This document shows positions 1-17,646 of a stretch of DNA of 64,000 nt, in pieces. A program made the position numbers and the translations under genes. This DNA comes from the human T2T-CHM13v2.0 reference genome, Homo sapiens. Numbering within the stretch: the stretch's first letter is position 1; each line of letters starts with the position of its first letter. The stretch lies in NCBI RefSeq assembly GCF_009914755.1, contig NC_060939.1; one strand, given 5' to 3'. The notes below the pieces were generated by a model, which saw only the letters and a program-made list of their open reading frames with translations, ran no database searches and had not been told where the DNA came from.

Positions 1-15
1 AAGGTTAGAGAGCTG

Positions 16-364
<349 letters not shown>

Positions 365-435
365 TAATATAAGGAAGGTTGGAATAGAAGACTTTGAAGA
401 CCCATCCTAGCTCAGACATTCTTGAATTTTCACAT

Positions 436-895
436 CAAGTGTATGTGTGTGATTGTGTGAATGTGTGTGATTGCGTGTGAAATTATAGAGGATTAGGGGT
501 GTGTATGTGTGATTACTGAGCAACTGTAATTAGAAGTGTGTGACTGTATGTGGGGAATGGTGTGTATGTGGGTGTAATTGTATGTGTTAGGGTGTGTGTG
601 TGTGTGTGTGTGCATTATATGTGGATGACAGACTAGGTGTGGATGGTTGGGAATGTAGGTGTGATTGTGTGACTATATATGTGTATGGGAAGGGTGATTG
701 AATGTCTATATGTGTGTATTGGGGGTGAGCATGAGTGTATGTACATGTGTGGGTGATTGTGGTATGTGGATCTGTGTGCAATTCGGACTGTCTAGGAGTA
801 TGTTATTGTGTATAATTGTGTGCACGTGTGAGTGTGTGTGTGTGACTGCATGGGTGATTTGGAGTGACTGTGTCCGTGTGTGTTGTGTGTGTTGG
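436..895. repeat. Degenerate (TG)n low-complexity tract
   Basis: Direct reading; pure (TG)n at ~592-612. Confidence 0.85.
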
Positions 896-1540
896 AGGGC
901 AATGAAGCTTCATCTCAGCCTGGACCTGATTCAGGACCTGGATGGTGACCGAACCCTCTTCCTTGACCTACTGATGGGTATGTCTGGGCTGGGGCAGAGC
1001 AGGGGACCCTGTGGGTACCCAGGATGCCAGCAGGCCAGCGGAGTGTGTTCCCCCTGGTAATTAGCTCCAGACATGGCAGCATGGCCTCTCCCTGACAGGG
1101 AGCCTGGAAGATGCTGCAAACGTGTTCAGGCCCCAGCCAGGTCTCTTTGGGGGAAAAAAAATTAAAGGAGGAGAAAAAAAAGAAACCCAAAAGACAAATC
1201 TTTATTGAAACATTTTGTGACACTCACACCAAGTAATTGATTTCCTTATTAGTAGCAGATTTTTCTCCCCGCCTCTTCTCTTGCCTGAACTTATAAAAGC
1301 AAAAGAGGTGGAAAACCAGTCTAGTACAGACCCTGGACTGAGTCCTGTCCCTCTGCCCTTCCTAGAGTAGGTCAGCAAGGGTGCAACATTTGCTTTTTCA
1401 GGTCTAACTATAGATAGAAGGGCAACGATCACCTGGGGGACCAGGTTTCAAAAGCCTGGGGAAAGCCCTCTGTCCATCCCTCAATTTCCTCTTCTTCACC
1501 TCCAGCTGCTATGAAATCTGACCATTAGTGAGTCATTCCA

Positions 1541-1654
1541 TTTTCTTTCTTTTCTCTCTCTCTCTTCCTTCCTTCCTTCCTTTTCTCCCCTCCCCTCCCC
1601 TCCCCTCCCCTCCCCTCCCCTTCCCTTTCCTTTCTTCCCCACCCCGCTCTCTCT

Positions 1655-1665
<11 letters not shown>
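1541..1665. repeat. Polypyrimidine (CTTC)n/(CCCCT)n tract
   Basis: Direct reading; adjoins an Alu tail. Confidence 0.9.
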
Positions 1666-2448
<783 letters not shown>

Positions 2449-5103
2449 TTACTTTGGGCTTTCCTTCACATCAGAATGCACGTGTGGGCAGCTCCCTAAG
2501 CACCCACCCCTTAGTCGTTTACACAGAGCTCATGCAGTGGACTCTAGGAGCCTCCTTTCCGCCTGTAAAATAGAGGGTTCCGTTGTCAATGTCACAGGGT
2601 GGCTGTGGAGACTAATTGAGATCATCTGTGTGACTCCCGAAGCCCGCTGTAAATGTAGCTGTTCCCATTATGTGACAGTGACCTTCTCACGTGTGGCACA
2701 GCCACCAATGGCACAGTTGAAGGCCTGGGAGTTCTCAAGGGGACTAGGCCTTGCACTGAGCAGAGCAAGCAGGGCAGGCTTCAGGAGAGGTGGTTAAGGT
2801 CCCTCTTGGGAGACCATTCCCCTCCAACTAGAAAGCGAAAGCTACCTCTCAGTCTGGGCCTGTGGCAGGTTGTGGCTCACTCTAAGAGTTCGTGGAACAG
2901 GAGGGGAAGACACTTTACCCAAACATTCCAACAGATGCGCTAGGTGTGTTGTTATCCCCATTTGTCAGAGGAGGAAACTGAGGCACGAGGGGGTATACAA
3001 GTATACCAAAGAGCACCCAGCTATGAAAGGGGAGGCAGGGATTTGAACCTATATGCCATTTATTTATGTAAAAGCAAGGGCAGCCCCTTCTGTGGAGATG
3101 CACAAACCTACGTGTGTGAATATCTGATCCAGTGCTCCCTCCTCCAGTGCCGTGGCTGCCTGGCTCCTTCCCCAGGCCCCAGCCCTCCCCACATCCAGAA
3201 ATCATAAAGGCACAACAGGGGCATCCAGGACCCTGCTATGATGGTGGATGAAGGCCTAGACCAGGAGCCCAAGGCCGGGCTGGTGTCCCTTGCTGTGATC
3301 TTGTGACTGCCTTCTCACATGGGGTGGGGGACAGCGGCTGGGAGCCGGAGTCCAGGCTGGGGAGGCAGGCCTGCCGTTTGACACGTCCCCGTCCATTCCA
3401 TGCGGACTTCCTGGGAATGACCAGAGGCCTCTATGCAGTTCCTGTTCCCAGCGGCTCACAGTCGCCAGGCCCAGGGAGACAAAACGTCCCTGAATGCGGT
3501 GGGGCAGGGAACAATATGGGGCGGGCGGAGGAGGGCCACAGGAAGTGTGTTAGGGACAGCCGGAGAGCTGGCGTGGGGCTGGGGGTGACTCAGGGACTTA
3601 TGACTTGATAAGGTACGATGACTCTGAAGGAAAACAGCCGGAGTCCAGGGAGGGCGCCGAAATGGTGGACAGGACGGGGTTTCTGGCGCCTGTGCGGACC
3701 TGAGTTCTTGAGTCCCCATAGGTCTCCCTGCAGCAAAGAACCTTAAACAATATCCAACCAACCACGTTACAGTCCCTGGCTCTCTCAGGTAGGGATGATG
3801 ATCCTGACCTCACTAAAGAGGGGACTGAGGGTCAGAGAAGTGAGATGACATTCACCATTCCAAGATCACACAGGAATGTGCAATGGTACCAGGATACACA
3901 GCAGGCCAGTCTCATTCCAGGGCATGTGTACCCAGCTAGGCTTCCTGGCACTCAACCCTGACCCTTGTGGTCCCCCAAAACTAGACACTCCTGTATTTGA
4001 GCCCAAAGCCTCTTACTGGGTCTTCACATCCTTGCTTGCAAAGCCAGAGCCCCCATCATACCCCACCAAAGACCCCCAACGAACAGGACCATTTTGCCAT
4101 TAGAATTTAGAGTTTAAGAAAATGTTTGAAACTGGGGAAAAGAACACCTCTTAGCTCCCAAATATAACAAGAAAACTGCAAGTTAAATTAATCATCACAG
4201 TTAAATCACATTCACGATGGGATCTGTGGGTTTAATATGCCTGATATGGAGTGGGGATCTCAAAACTAAGAGCGCCAGGGTGGAGGAGAGACTCCCAACA
4301 GCCCTGGCCAGGCCTGGCCCTGCAGCCTGAGCGTTAACACCAGCAGTAGTGTGCTAGGACTGGGAGGCTCCACCAGCTATTATCCAATCAAGTCACTTCT
4401 CAGAGCCTCAGTTTCTTTATTAGTCAAATGGGACCATAGTTAGCTAATACTGGGTTAATGGGAGGGTTAAATACAATAATGTGTGCAGGGAGCCAGGCCC
4501 CATAGTCAGAGCTCAGCTATTGTTCTTGCCTCCTCAGGCGGCCCTGCCCAATTTCAGGAAGTCCTTTTTGGCTGGAAGCTTCTCAGGATGAAAGAATGTT
4601 GGAGAGAGAAGGCCGTTAGAAAGAAAGCAGAGCCCACCTCTCACATGGGAGGGTGACTTCTGAAACTCAGGAGGCCCCAGGCCTTCAGCTCTGTCCCCGC
4701 CACCATTCTCTGCCTACACTTTGCCTTTCCAGCTTCACTTTTCCAGCCTCAGGCTTTGATTGAGTGCACGGCCTTCCCACCACCCCCACCTCCGCACCCC
4801 GACCCCACCAGAGTGCTGGCAGCAGAGTCCAGGTCAGGTCTATCTCTGTATTTCTTTTTTTCATTAAAAACAAAAACAAAAACAAAAACCAGCTCTGTTG
4901 AGGTGTGGTTGGCATACAGTAAACTCCACATACTTAAAGTGCGCAATGTGATAAGTTCTGACACATGTTTACACTCATGAAACCATCGTTATAATCAAGA
5001 AAATGATCATGCCCATTGCTGCCAAAAGTCTCCTTGTGCCACTTTATAATCCTTGCCTCCCTTTCTGCAAACTCATCCCCACTCCAACCCAGTCTCCAGG
5101 TGA

Positions 5104-5445
<342 letters not shown>

Positions 5446-5822
5446 CTGTGTATGAGTCTTTATATGAACATAAGCAGCTTTCATTTCTCCTGGGTAAATA
5501 CCTAGGAACTGATGGCTGGATCATAGAGTTGATATGCTTTAACTTTCCAAAGAAACTGCTAAGCTGTTTGACAATTTTGTTGTACCATTTTCATTCCAAC
5601 CAGCAGTGTGATAGAATCCCAGTTGCTCCATAGCCTCACCAGCACTTAGTATGATCAGTTCTTTTGGTTTTAGGCATTCTAATAGGTATGTAGTGATATC
5701 TCATTGTGGTTTTAATTTACATTTCCCTAATGATTAATGATATTGAGCATCTTTGTATTTGCTTACCTCGTACTTCTTTGGTGAAGTGTCTGTTCAAATT
5801 TTTTGCCTTTAAAAATAACCGG

Positions 5823-6110
5823 GGCCAGGCACGGTGGCTCACACCTGTAATCCCAGCACTTTGGGAGGCCGAGGCGGGTGGATCACCTAAGGTCAGGAGT
5901 TCAAGGCCAGCCTGGCCAACTTGGTGAAACCCTGTTGCTACTAAAAATACAAAAATCAGCCGGGTGCGGTGGCAGGTGCTTGTAATCTCAGCTACTTGGG
6001 AGGCTGAGGCAGGAGAATTGCTTGAATGGAGGCAGAGGTTGCAGTGAGCCGATACTGTGCCACTGCACTCTAGCCTGTGTGACAGAGCGAGACTCTGTCT
6101 CAAAAAAAAA
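5823..6110 (+). mobile_element. AluS
   Basis: Full Alu consensus with A tail; followed by an antisense FLAM/AluJ monomer at ~6115-6265. Confidence 0.9.
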
Positions 6111-6671
6111 ATTATTTTTTAATTTTTATCTTATTTTTATTTTTTGTACAGGTGGGGTCTCCCTATGTTGCCCAGGCTGAACTCCAACTCCTGGGCTCAA
6201 GCAATGCTCCCATCTCAGTCTCCCAAAGTGCTGAGATTACAGGTATGAGCCACTGTGCCCGGCCTTATTTGTTTTTTTATTATTGTGTTTTAAGAGTTCT
6301 TTATATGTTCTGGGTATAAGTTATCAAATATCTGATTTGCCAGCATTTTCTCCTAGTCTGTGGCTTGTCTTTTTATTTTCTTAACTATGTCTTTCAAAGA
6401 GCAGAAGTTCCACATTGCTAAAATCCAACTTATCATTTGTTGTCTTGTATTGACTGTGCTTGTGTTGTGTATCTGAGAAATCTTTGCCTAATCTGAAGTT
6501 ACAAAGATTTTCTCTTATTTTTTCTTCTAAATTTTATGGTATTAGGTTTTACATTTGGGTGTATTATCTATTTTGAGTTAAATTTTATATATGGTGCAAG
6601 GTACTTCAGGTGGTGTTTTGTTTTTTTTTTTGCATATGGATATCCAATTATTCAGTACCCCACCACGCCCA

Positions 6672-6981
6672 TTTTTTTGTGGGACAGGGTTTTGCTCTAC
6701 TGCCCAGGCTGGAGTGCGGTGGTGCTATCATAGCTCATTGCAGCTTCCAACTCCTGGGCTCAAGTGTTCCTTCCACCTCTGCCTTCTGAATAGCTGGGAC
6801 TACAGGTGCACACTACCGTACCTAGATAATTTTCTCCTTCTTCTCCTTCTTCTTCATTTTTTTCATTAAGAGGGAGTCTGACTATGTTGCCCAGGCTGGT
6901 CTCAAACTTGGGTTCAAGTGATCCTCCTGCCTTGGCCTCCCAAAGTCCTGGAATTACAGGTGTGAACCACCATGCCTGGCC
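6672..6981 (-). mobile_element. AluJ
   Basis: Diverged Alu consensus. Confidence 0.85.
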
Positions 6982-7581
6982 AGCACTATTTATTGAAAAG
7001 ACTATCCTTTCCCCATTGAATTATCTTGGAAACTTTGTTAAAAATCAATTGGCCATTTATGTGTAGATCAATTTCTGGACTCTGTGCTCTGCTTCATTGG
7101 TCTACTTGTCTATCTTGAGGGCAATGCCGCACTGTTTTGATTATTATAGCTTTATAATAAGTCAGACTTGTTTTGGCTATTTTAGACTATGCATTTCCAT
7201 ATGGATTATATAATTAGCTTGTCAATTTCAAGAAAAAAATGCCTGCTGAGATTTTGATTGGGATTGCATTGAATCTATGTGTCAATTTGAAAATAATTGG
7301 CATTTTAGTAATATTGAGTCTTCTGATACATGAAGACGGTATATCTCTCCATTTATTTATTTATGATTATATATGCTTTAATTTTCTATTCACAGAGTTT
7401 TTTAGATTTCACTATATAGGCCTTGCACACCTTTTGTCAGATTTATCTGTTTTTAACATTTTAAATGCTATTGTAAATAGTACTGTTTTTGTTATACATT
7501 TAGATTTCTGATTATTGACAGTTTCGGGTAACAGGAACTGGATTTACCCTGTCACCTGAAACAACTGAAAAAACAGACAAG

Positions 7582-7993
<412 letters not shown>

Positions 7994-8514
7994 TTACTGC
8001 CGGGAGAGCATTTGCAGGCCACAGCAAAGGGACGGTGAACCCAGGCAGAGCCCAGCGGTTGCTTTGAGTTGAGGAGATGGAACTGAAAGTCCAAGGAAGT
8101 CAAGGTAGCTAGGATTCACAGAGAAGGGTCCTGGAGAGAAGAGACGGAGAGCACTATATAGGAAGGGAAAGTCACAGTCTCTTCTAGTATTCAGCTGAGT
8201 AATGACCAGCAAATGCATGTGAGAAAACTACTTGAGGCCAGGAAAGAACTCTAAAAGATTAGAAGGAGCAGTGCTTGGAGCTCTCATAAGACTCAGAATA
8301 GTGCCTGTTCCCAACAGCCAGAATGTAAAATAGCATAACTCATGGGACATCAGTTACAGCCCCACAAAAGGTCTCATCTCAGTAGTAGGGAAACAACCCT
8401 AGACTAAATGCTACTCTTGTCCTGCCTAATAAAGCTTAAAATCAAGACCTAAAAGGATCAAACTCTTTCCAAGTGACTTAACCACATCTCATAATTAATC
8501 TTAAAATAATTTTA

Positions 8515-8838
<324 letters not shown>

Positions 8839-9636
8839 TTAACAAGGTAATATCCATAATGCCTGGAATCTAATCAAAATTATCAGGCATTCAAAGGAGA
8901 AGGAAAATAAGGCACACAATGAAAAGAGGGTCATTAATACATAATAAATAAAAGGCATTAAAACAGCTTTTATAACTGGATCCCATAAATTCAGGAAGCT
9001 AAAGGAACGACTGAACATGTTAAAGTGGAGATATAGAAAACATTAAAAAATTCAAAGGAAACTTCTAGAGATGAAAACTACAATATCTGAGATTAAAAAT
9101 ATACTGAATAAATGACGGATAACCTATGCTTGAGGAAAAGTTACAGTGAGGAAGCTGGGTCATTTATCTGACGTCCAGGACCCTGCCCAGCTGGGTGGTG
9201 CAAATACCTCACTGTGAGAAGCAGGGTGGCAGGAGAATGAGTGTATAATTCAGAGCATGTGTATGTAGGCTACATGTGAGACATTGGGCAAGCAACCCCA
9301 CCCATCCAAAACTCACTTTCCTGCATTTTAAAGTGGGGGTGAGAACCTCTCCATGACCTTGCGCTCAGGATGAGTGGGATGTTGGTAATGGGTGAAAATG
9401 CTCTGAGGGGTCACTTTCTTCTTGCCAAATGGTCAACTGCAAGTCCTTGGCCGGCCCCATGTGCTGTCCTCCTGGAGGGCTGAGAGGGACTTCTCTGACG
9501 GAGGCATGTTCCTCCTATCTGCCCCAACACTGGAGACTTTGAGGAAACTGAGGCCCAGGCTGTCCCACTGTGCAAGTTTGAGGCTGTTCCAGTGATTTCA
9601 CAGACATTTAGGGATGCGGAGGTTTAAGTAACACTT

Positions 9637-10085
9637 GTGGGGTGGTCAGAATAATGCCCCTGCAACTGGTCCACATCCTAATCCCTGGAACCTATGGAAC
9701 CATTCAGTTACATGGAAATAGAGAATTAAGGTTGTGGATGGAATTAAGGTTGCTAATCAGTAGACCTTAGATTGGAAAGATTATTCTGAATTATCTGGGT
9801 GGACCCAATGTAATCACACAGATCCTGAAAAATGGAAGAGGGGGGCAGAAGAAGAGTCAGAGAAAGGGATAGGATAAGGGAAGCAGAGTCTGGGTGAATG
9901 CCATGTGAGAGGGCTTGGTTCCCTATCACTGACTTTGAAGATGGAGGAAGGGCCCACGAGCCAAGGAAAGCAGGCAGTCTCTAGCAGCTGGAAAAGACAA
10001 GGAAATGGATTCTCCCCTACAGCGCCCAGAAGATATAGAAGCTTACTGACACCTTGGTGTTAGAGAATCATGTCAGACTTCTTCT

Positions 10086-10127
<42 letters not shown>

Positions 10128-10500
10128 AGACAGTCTCGCTCTGTTGCCCAGTCTGGAGTACAGGTATGATCTTGGCTCACTGCAAGCTCCGCCTCCCAGG
10201 TTCAAGCAATTCTTCTGCCTCAGTCTCCCAAGCAGCTGGGATTATAGGTATGTACCACCACACCTGGCTAGTTTTTGTATTTTTAGTAGAGATGGGGTTT
10301 CACCATGTTGACCAGGCTGGCCTTGAACTCCTGACCTCAGATGATCCACCTGCCTCGGCCTCCCAAAGTGTTGGGATTACAGGCGTAAACCACAGCCCCC
10401 AGCCAGACTTCTGACCTATAGAACTGTAAGATGATACTTGCGTTATTTTAAGCCACTAAGTTTGGGGCAATTTGGTAGGGCAGCGATAGCAAACTAACAT
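9637..10500 (+). mobile_element. MLT1 (ERVL-MaLR) LTR interrupted by an antisense AluS (10088-10403)
   Basis: cctaatccctggaacct...gaattaaggttgctaatcag...tttaagccactaagttt; Alu TSD CAGACTTCT. Confidence 0.8.
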
Positions 10501-10816
10501 ATTCCAGAAGTTACCGCCCTGCCAGCTCTCTCCCTGTGCTGGAAGCCCCAGAAGATTTGGGGATTTCATGGGCTTGGGTTCCATAGGCTTTCATCCAGTT
10601 GTCAGGCTTCAGGTCCACTGATGCTCCATCTGGGCATGCTGGCTGTGAGGCCCTGCAGGACTGTGTGTGATCAGAAAGAGTTGCTGGCCAGCCCATCAGG
10701 AGGCCAGACTTGTTCCAGGCCTCAATTCCACCCATGGGCCCATTTGGGAGCAGACCTGCCAGTGGCTGCATGGAGGAAAGAACACTGGCCTTGGAGTCTC
10801 AAGGGCCTGAATCTAA

Positions 10817-11255
<439 letters not shown>

Positions 11256-12892
11256 TAAGATGACCACATCATAGTTGCTGTCTTTAGGTGGTGAACCATC
11301 TAGCCGGGAGTCATAGTTGTGTGGGGAAATAAGTGCAGAGGCGGGATGGGGAGCATACCGTGGGAGACAAGGATCATTCCTCTTGAAGTTGGGGATTCAG
11401 GAAAGGCTATAGATCCAGTGAGGCTTAAGCTGAGCCTTGGGAGGTGAGCACATCTCTGCTGGACAGGTTGCGGGGTGGTGTTGGGGGTGGTGTAGGAGCA
11501 CTCCTGGCAGAGAATGCATCTTGGGCTAAGCTCAGGGCAGGTGAGAAATCGCCTGGTCTGCTGGCAGCACGGTATTGCTGGAAGTTGCGGTGTGTAGGGG
11601 GGATGCAGAGGCTTGCAGGAGAAAAGTGAGAAGAAGGGCTGGAGCCGGCTCATCACGCGGCTAGTAGGCCCACTGAGGAGTGTGGACTTTATCATGGCAG
11701 TAGTGGGACCCTCTGAAAGTCCCCTCTGAATATGGAGTGGGCGGTGGGTTGGAGAGAATGTGCAGGCTGGAGGCAAGCGTGTCCGTGAGAAGGCCAAGGC
11801 TGTGCCCTGGGATCGGAGGATGGGCCCTGGGTCTGGGGATTGGGGATGGGGAATGGGACAGACTCAAGGCTACTTAGGAAGCAGTCTCAGTCGGCCTTGG
11901 TGGCTCCCTGAATGTGGGAGAGGAGGGGCAGGGAGGGCTCTGAGTGGCTCCTGGTAGCCAGTGGCCGGCTGATTGCCTGGCCTTCCTCTTGCCGTAGCAA
12001 TGGAGGCCATATTTGGTTCTGTCAAAACCTCTCTAAGCTGAAATCATCTGATCTTCTTCCCAGCTTCCAGCCCCACACCCTCCCCACCACGTCTGGCTAT
12101 GAAGCCAGCCTCCCCATCTCACCCCCACATTCCTATTCCTTTAGTCAGTCGCTCAACAAACCTTCACCGAGTCCCTACTATGTGCCAGGTGCTGTGCTGG
12201 AACCTAAGGGATACAGCTATGAACAAGACAATCCTGCCTTTATGGAGCTCACAATCTGAAGAACAATCCGGATAACAGTGACCAACAAAGACGTGCAAAA
12301 TGTCAGAGGGCCACAAACTGCAGAGGGTAAGGGGTGGTGGGAGGCAGGCGGGAGAGCATTGCATACATTTTACACGACATGGTCATCTTAATACAGACCC
12401 AGTCACAACTTACACTTTTTAGGCATTCATTAAGTCTCAGGCACTGTTCTAAGCATTTTACACGTGTGATCTCATTTTGCACTGCCACTGGAATGAGGGA
12501 AAAGTGGAATTCCAGAGTTTCATATCCCAGCTCTGCCACTACCATGAGGTCTTGTGCAAATTGCTTCTCTCTGTGCCTCCGTTTGCTCATCTGCACAGTA
12601 GGCATAGTGATTGTTTCTACCTGCAGGGTTGTGAAATGCGTGAGTGTATGTGAAGCGCTGAGACAGTGCCTGGCACATTAGTAAGTGCTGGACGTGTTTG
12701 CTCCTTCTAGGTCTACATTTTTAGCAGAGGGAATAGCAAGGGCAAAGGCCCTGAGGTGGGAAACACGTTCCAGGAATGGGAAGAAGGTTAGGACGACACA
12801 AGGGGAGTGTGGCGAGGGCCGAAGTTAGGGAGGCAGGGCCTGGGCAGGTTGTGGCTTCCCCTCCCCTGAGTCCTTTTCCTGACTCAGGTGTG

Positions 12893-13045
12893 TCTGCCCC
12901 TCCTCTGCCCCGCCCCCCTCTGCCCCACCCCTCCTCTACCCCGCCCCTCTCTGCCCCGCCCCCCATCTGCCCCGCCCCTCCTCTATCCCACCCCTCCTCT
13001 ACCCCGCCCTTCCTCTGCCCCGCCCCTCTCCTCTGCTCTGCTCCT
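12893..13045. repeat. Degenerate ~16-bp C-rich minisatellite (CTCTGCCCCGCCCCTC)
   Basis: About 9 imperfect copies read directly. Confidence 0.85.
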
Positions 13046-13776
13046 CCCACAGCTTCCCGCTACCTGCCCCAGCCACTCCCGCCTCCTGGCTTGGTTTTCC
13101 AGGATGTCCACTGTGCAGCTGCTCCTCCTCTGTTCTCCAGCCTGAGGTGCCCGCCTCCCACCGCACCGCCTGCTGTGATCAGCCGGAGCCTTCCATCTTC
13201 CCCCAGAATTGCTTGGCGTCTGCTCATCCAGACCCTTCCTTTCACAAGGGAGCCTGGAGCCCAGAGAGGGTTGTGACTAAACCAGGGCCACACAGCGGTT
13301 CAGAGGCCAAGACTGGAGCCCGGATTTTCAGGACTCTGTGCACCATGGCTTCTAGTTTCCTAGGTCAGACACTTCCACCGATGTTGCTGTATCACAAATG
13401 TAACTTGAGTTGAGGAAGGCGGGAAGAGGCGGGGAACGAGGAAGGCACAATCCACCAACTAGAAATCACTTCTGTGAGCACATTGGTGTCCGAGCCTTTT
13501 TAATGCTAAGCACACTGTTCCTCAGAGAGAAACGGTGTGTGAGGCTGGGACACAGAGCGAGTAGGTGCTGTCCATTCGCCTTTGCTGTGTCCCTCCATTC
13601 CTACCCTGGGAGAGCCGGGGATCCCCATCCACTAAAGGCATGTCATGCAGGCCCCAGGGTCACACAAGGGAGTGATGGCACAGCCTGCCTCCGCGGCCCC
13701 AGGAGGAGTGAGACTGAGAAAGGGGAGGCAGAGAACTCAGGAGAAACATGATGAACTTCTAGAAAATCTGTATCTG

Positions 13777-14472
<696 letters not shown>

Positions 14473-14903
14473 ATGAAATCAAACACCAATCTATCAATGC
14501 TTATCCCTGGGCAGGAGTGCAAAGACTCAGGACTCCTAGCAGGGAGGCACCCTCAAGGGTAGAAACATTCTGGGAATATTTCCTGGAAGAGAGAAACTTG
14601 AAGCTTTGGTCAAAAGGGGATTAGAAGGAAGGACATTCCAGGCCAAGGGAACAGCATTAACAAGCGTCTAGAAACACATGCAGGGTGTGCTTTGGGGAAC
14701 ACAATGATGTAGTTGTCTAGAGGAGTCACTGGGGCTAATTCTTCTGGGGGTGGAGTAGAATGGGCGTTAAGTTGTGAAAGGCCTTGGATGTCAGGACAAC
14801 TTGGGCTTGATTCCATGGCACTAGGGAGCCATTGATAGTATTTGAGCACAAGAAATATAAGAGTCTTGCTTTAGGCCAGAATTACGGAAATGACATGTTA
14901 GAG

Positions 14904-15080
14904 CAGTGGTTCTCCAGCTTGAGCATGCATTGGAATCCTGGGGGTGGCTGGCTAAATCAGACGGCAGGACCTTATTTCCAGAGTTCCTGACTCAGTGGGT
15001 CTGAGGTAAGGCTGAGAGTTTTCATTTCTAACAAGTTCTCAGGGGCTGCTGTTGCTGCTGCTCTGTGTAATGTGAAAATC
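14904..15080. mobile_element. MER5A-like hAT-Charlie fragment
   Basis: cagtggttctc...gagttcctgactcagtgggtctgagg...atttctaacaagttctcagg. Confidence 0.7.
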
Positions 15081-15199
15081 ACCGGAAGTTTTGCTGGAAG
15101 GCCGGAGCAGGGGTGGGAGGTGAGAGGTATGGTTCCTCTCTGAGGCCTCTGAGGCACTAGCAGTGGAAAGGCCCCTCACTCCCATATTTTAGACAGCGA

Positions 15200-15610
15200 A
15201 CTGAAGCTCGGAAGGCGACGTCCACAGTTGGGGTCGCTTCCAGGCCTTGAGCCTAGATTCTTGGGTCTAGGTTGCCATGGCACCAGGAGCCTGGAAAAGA
15301 AAGGCTCCTCAGGCACCCGCTCTGGGGTCCATCCGGCCCATGCTCTTGCAAGGGCACTGCGGTTTTTGCTTGGGAAACGGGTAGCAAACAGCTAAGACTC
15401 CCAGAACGTGGGAAGGAAAACGAGGCCCAGCAGACAGAGCAGGAGGGCGGCGCTTTCCGGTCGGGCCCCGGATTTAACTGTCTTCACCTACAGAGGCCCC
15501 ACCCCACCCCCCCAACCCCGCCCCAACCCTGCCCCAAGCCCGCCCCATCTCAGACTCAGCCCAATATAGCCACGCCCCCTGCGCCAGCCCCGCCTTCCCG
15601 GTTAAGAGTG
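15200..15610. promoter_or_regulatory. Orphan promoter/enhancer-like element
   Basis: Local CpG enrichment; RFX X-box GTTGCCATGGCACC 15271-15284; ETS TTCCGG 15455; GC boxes 15516 and 15539; CCAAT 15561; KLF GCCACGCCCC 15569. Confidence 0.55.
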
Positions 15611-16016
15611 CAGTGTCTGAATCCCAGCTCTCCTTCCTACTGACTGGGTGACCTTGGGCCAGATACTCAACTTCTCTGTACTTCATTCTCTTCATCAGTA
15701 ATTTGGGAAATGCCTATCTCATAGGGTTGTCATGAGGATTAAAAGAGTGTATATTAGTAAAGTCCTAGGAATGCTGCCTATTAAGCACTGTTACTAAGTG
15801 CATAAGCTTCATCATTAGTGGTAATTGTTATCTTTGCCCTGTTGGAGCTTTGATTCACTTAGTAACAGTGCTATTAATTTTATTATTAAATTTTTAAATT
15901 TATTTTATTAATTTTTAAATTATGATCTATTTCAGACATTAAAAAAGAACATAAAAAATATAAAAACTGTGTCCCCATCACCCAGTTCAAGAGCGAAAGC
16001 ATATAAATGTTTTCTC

Positions 16017-16330
<314 letters not shown>

Positions 16331-16941
16331 TCAACTTTAGTCAGAATCTTCTGCCTCCAACCCATCCCCTGCACTGCTCACCAGCTGTGAGAGATGCAGA
16401 GAAAATATAAGTAGAATCCTGCCACAACCCTGCTTGAAAATCCCCACCTATAAGATAAAGTCAGACATATCCCTTGACATCCAGGCCCTTCACACCTGAC
16501 CTGTGCTGAACCTTCTGTTTGGTCTCTGCCACCCAAGACTAAAGTCCCCCTTAACATTTCTTAAGCATCCCCAGCTCTTTGCATATGTTGACCCCTCTGC
16601 CTGGGGTCTTGTATATCCTTTCTTCTCTCTCTTTTACTCATTTGAGGGGAGCACCCATTCTTTGGTCCCCCAAGGCTCCCTAGCCTGCCCATGGGGAATT
16701 TATTGTGTTTGCGTGCCCCTCCCCTAGACCGTAAGCACCTGGCAGCAGGCCCATGGCAACTCTTGATCTGCTCCTGGGGCAGGGAAGGCACTCATTACAC
16801 CACACAGTTGTAGCTGAGTGTGTTTGGGGTACTGTTCTGGGATGTGGAGGGGGTGGTCATCTGCCAATTAATGCCCCATTCTTTTCATGGGGAACTTGCA
16901 GTCTGTCAGCTGTAAAAGTGCCGAGGAAGAAAATAAGAGTA

Positions 16942-17646
<705 letters not shown>

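Noticed and set aside
14568-14588. Tandem STAT GAS motifs
   Set aside because: 3-bp spacing, at the edge of an L2 whose consensus supplies TTCCTGGA; likely incidental.
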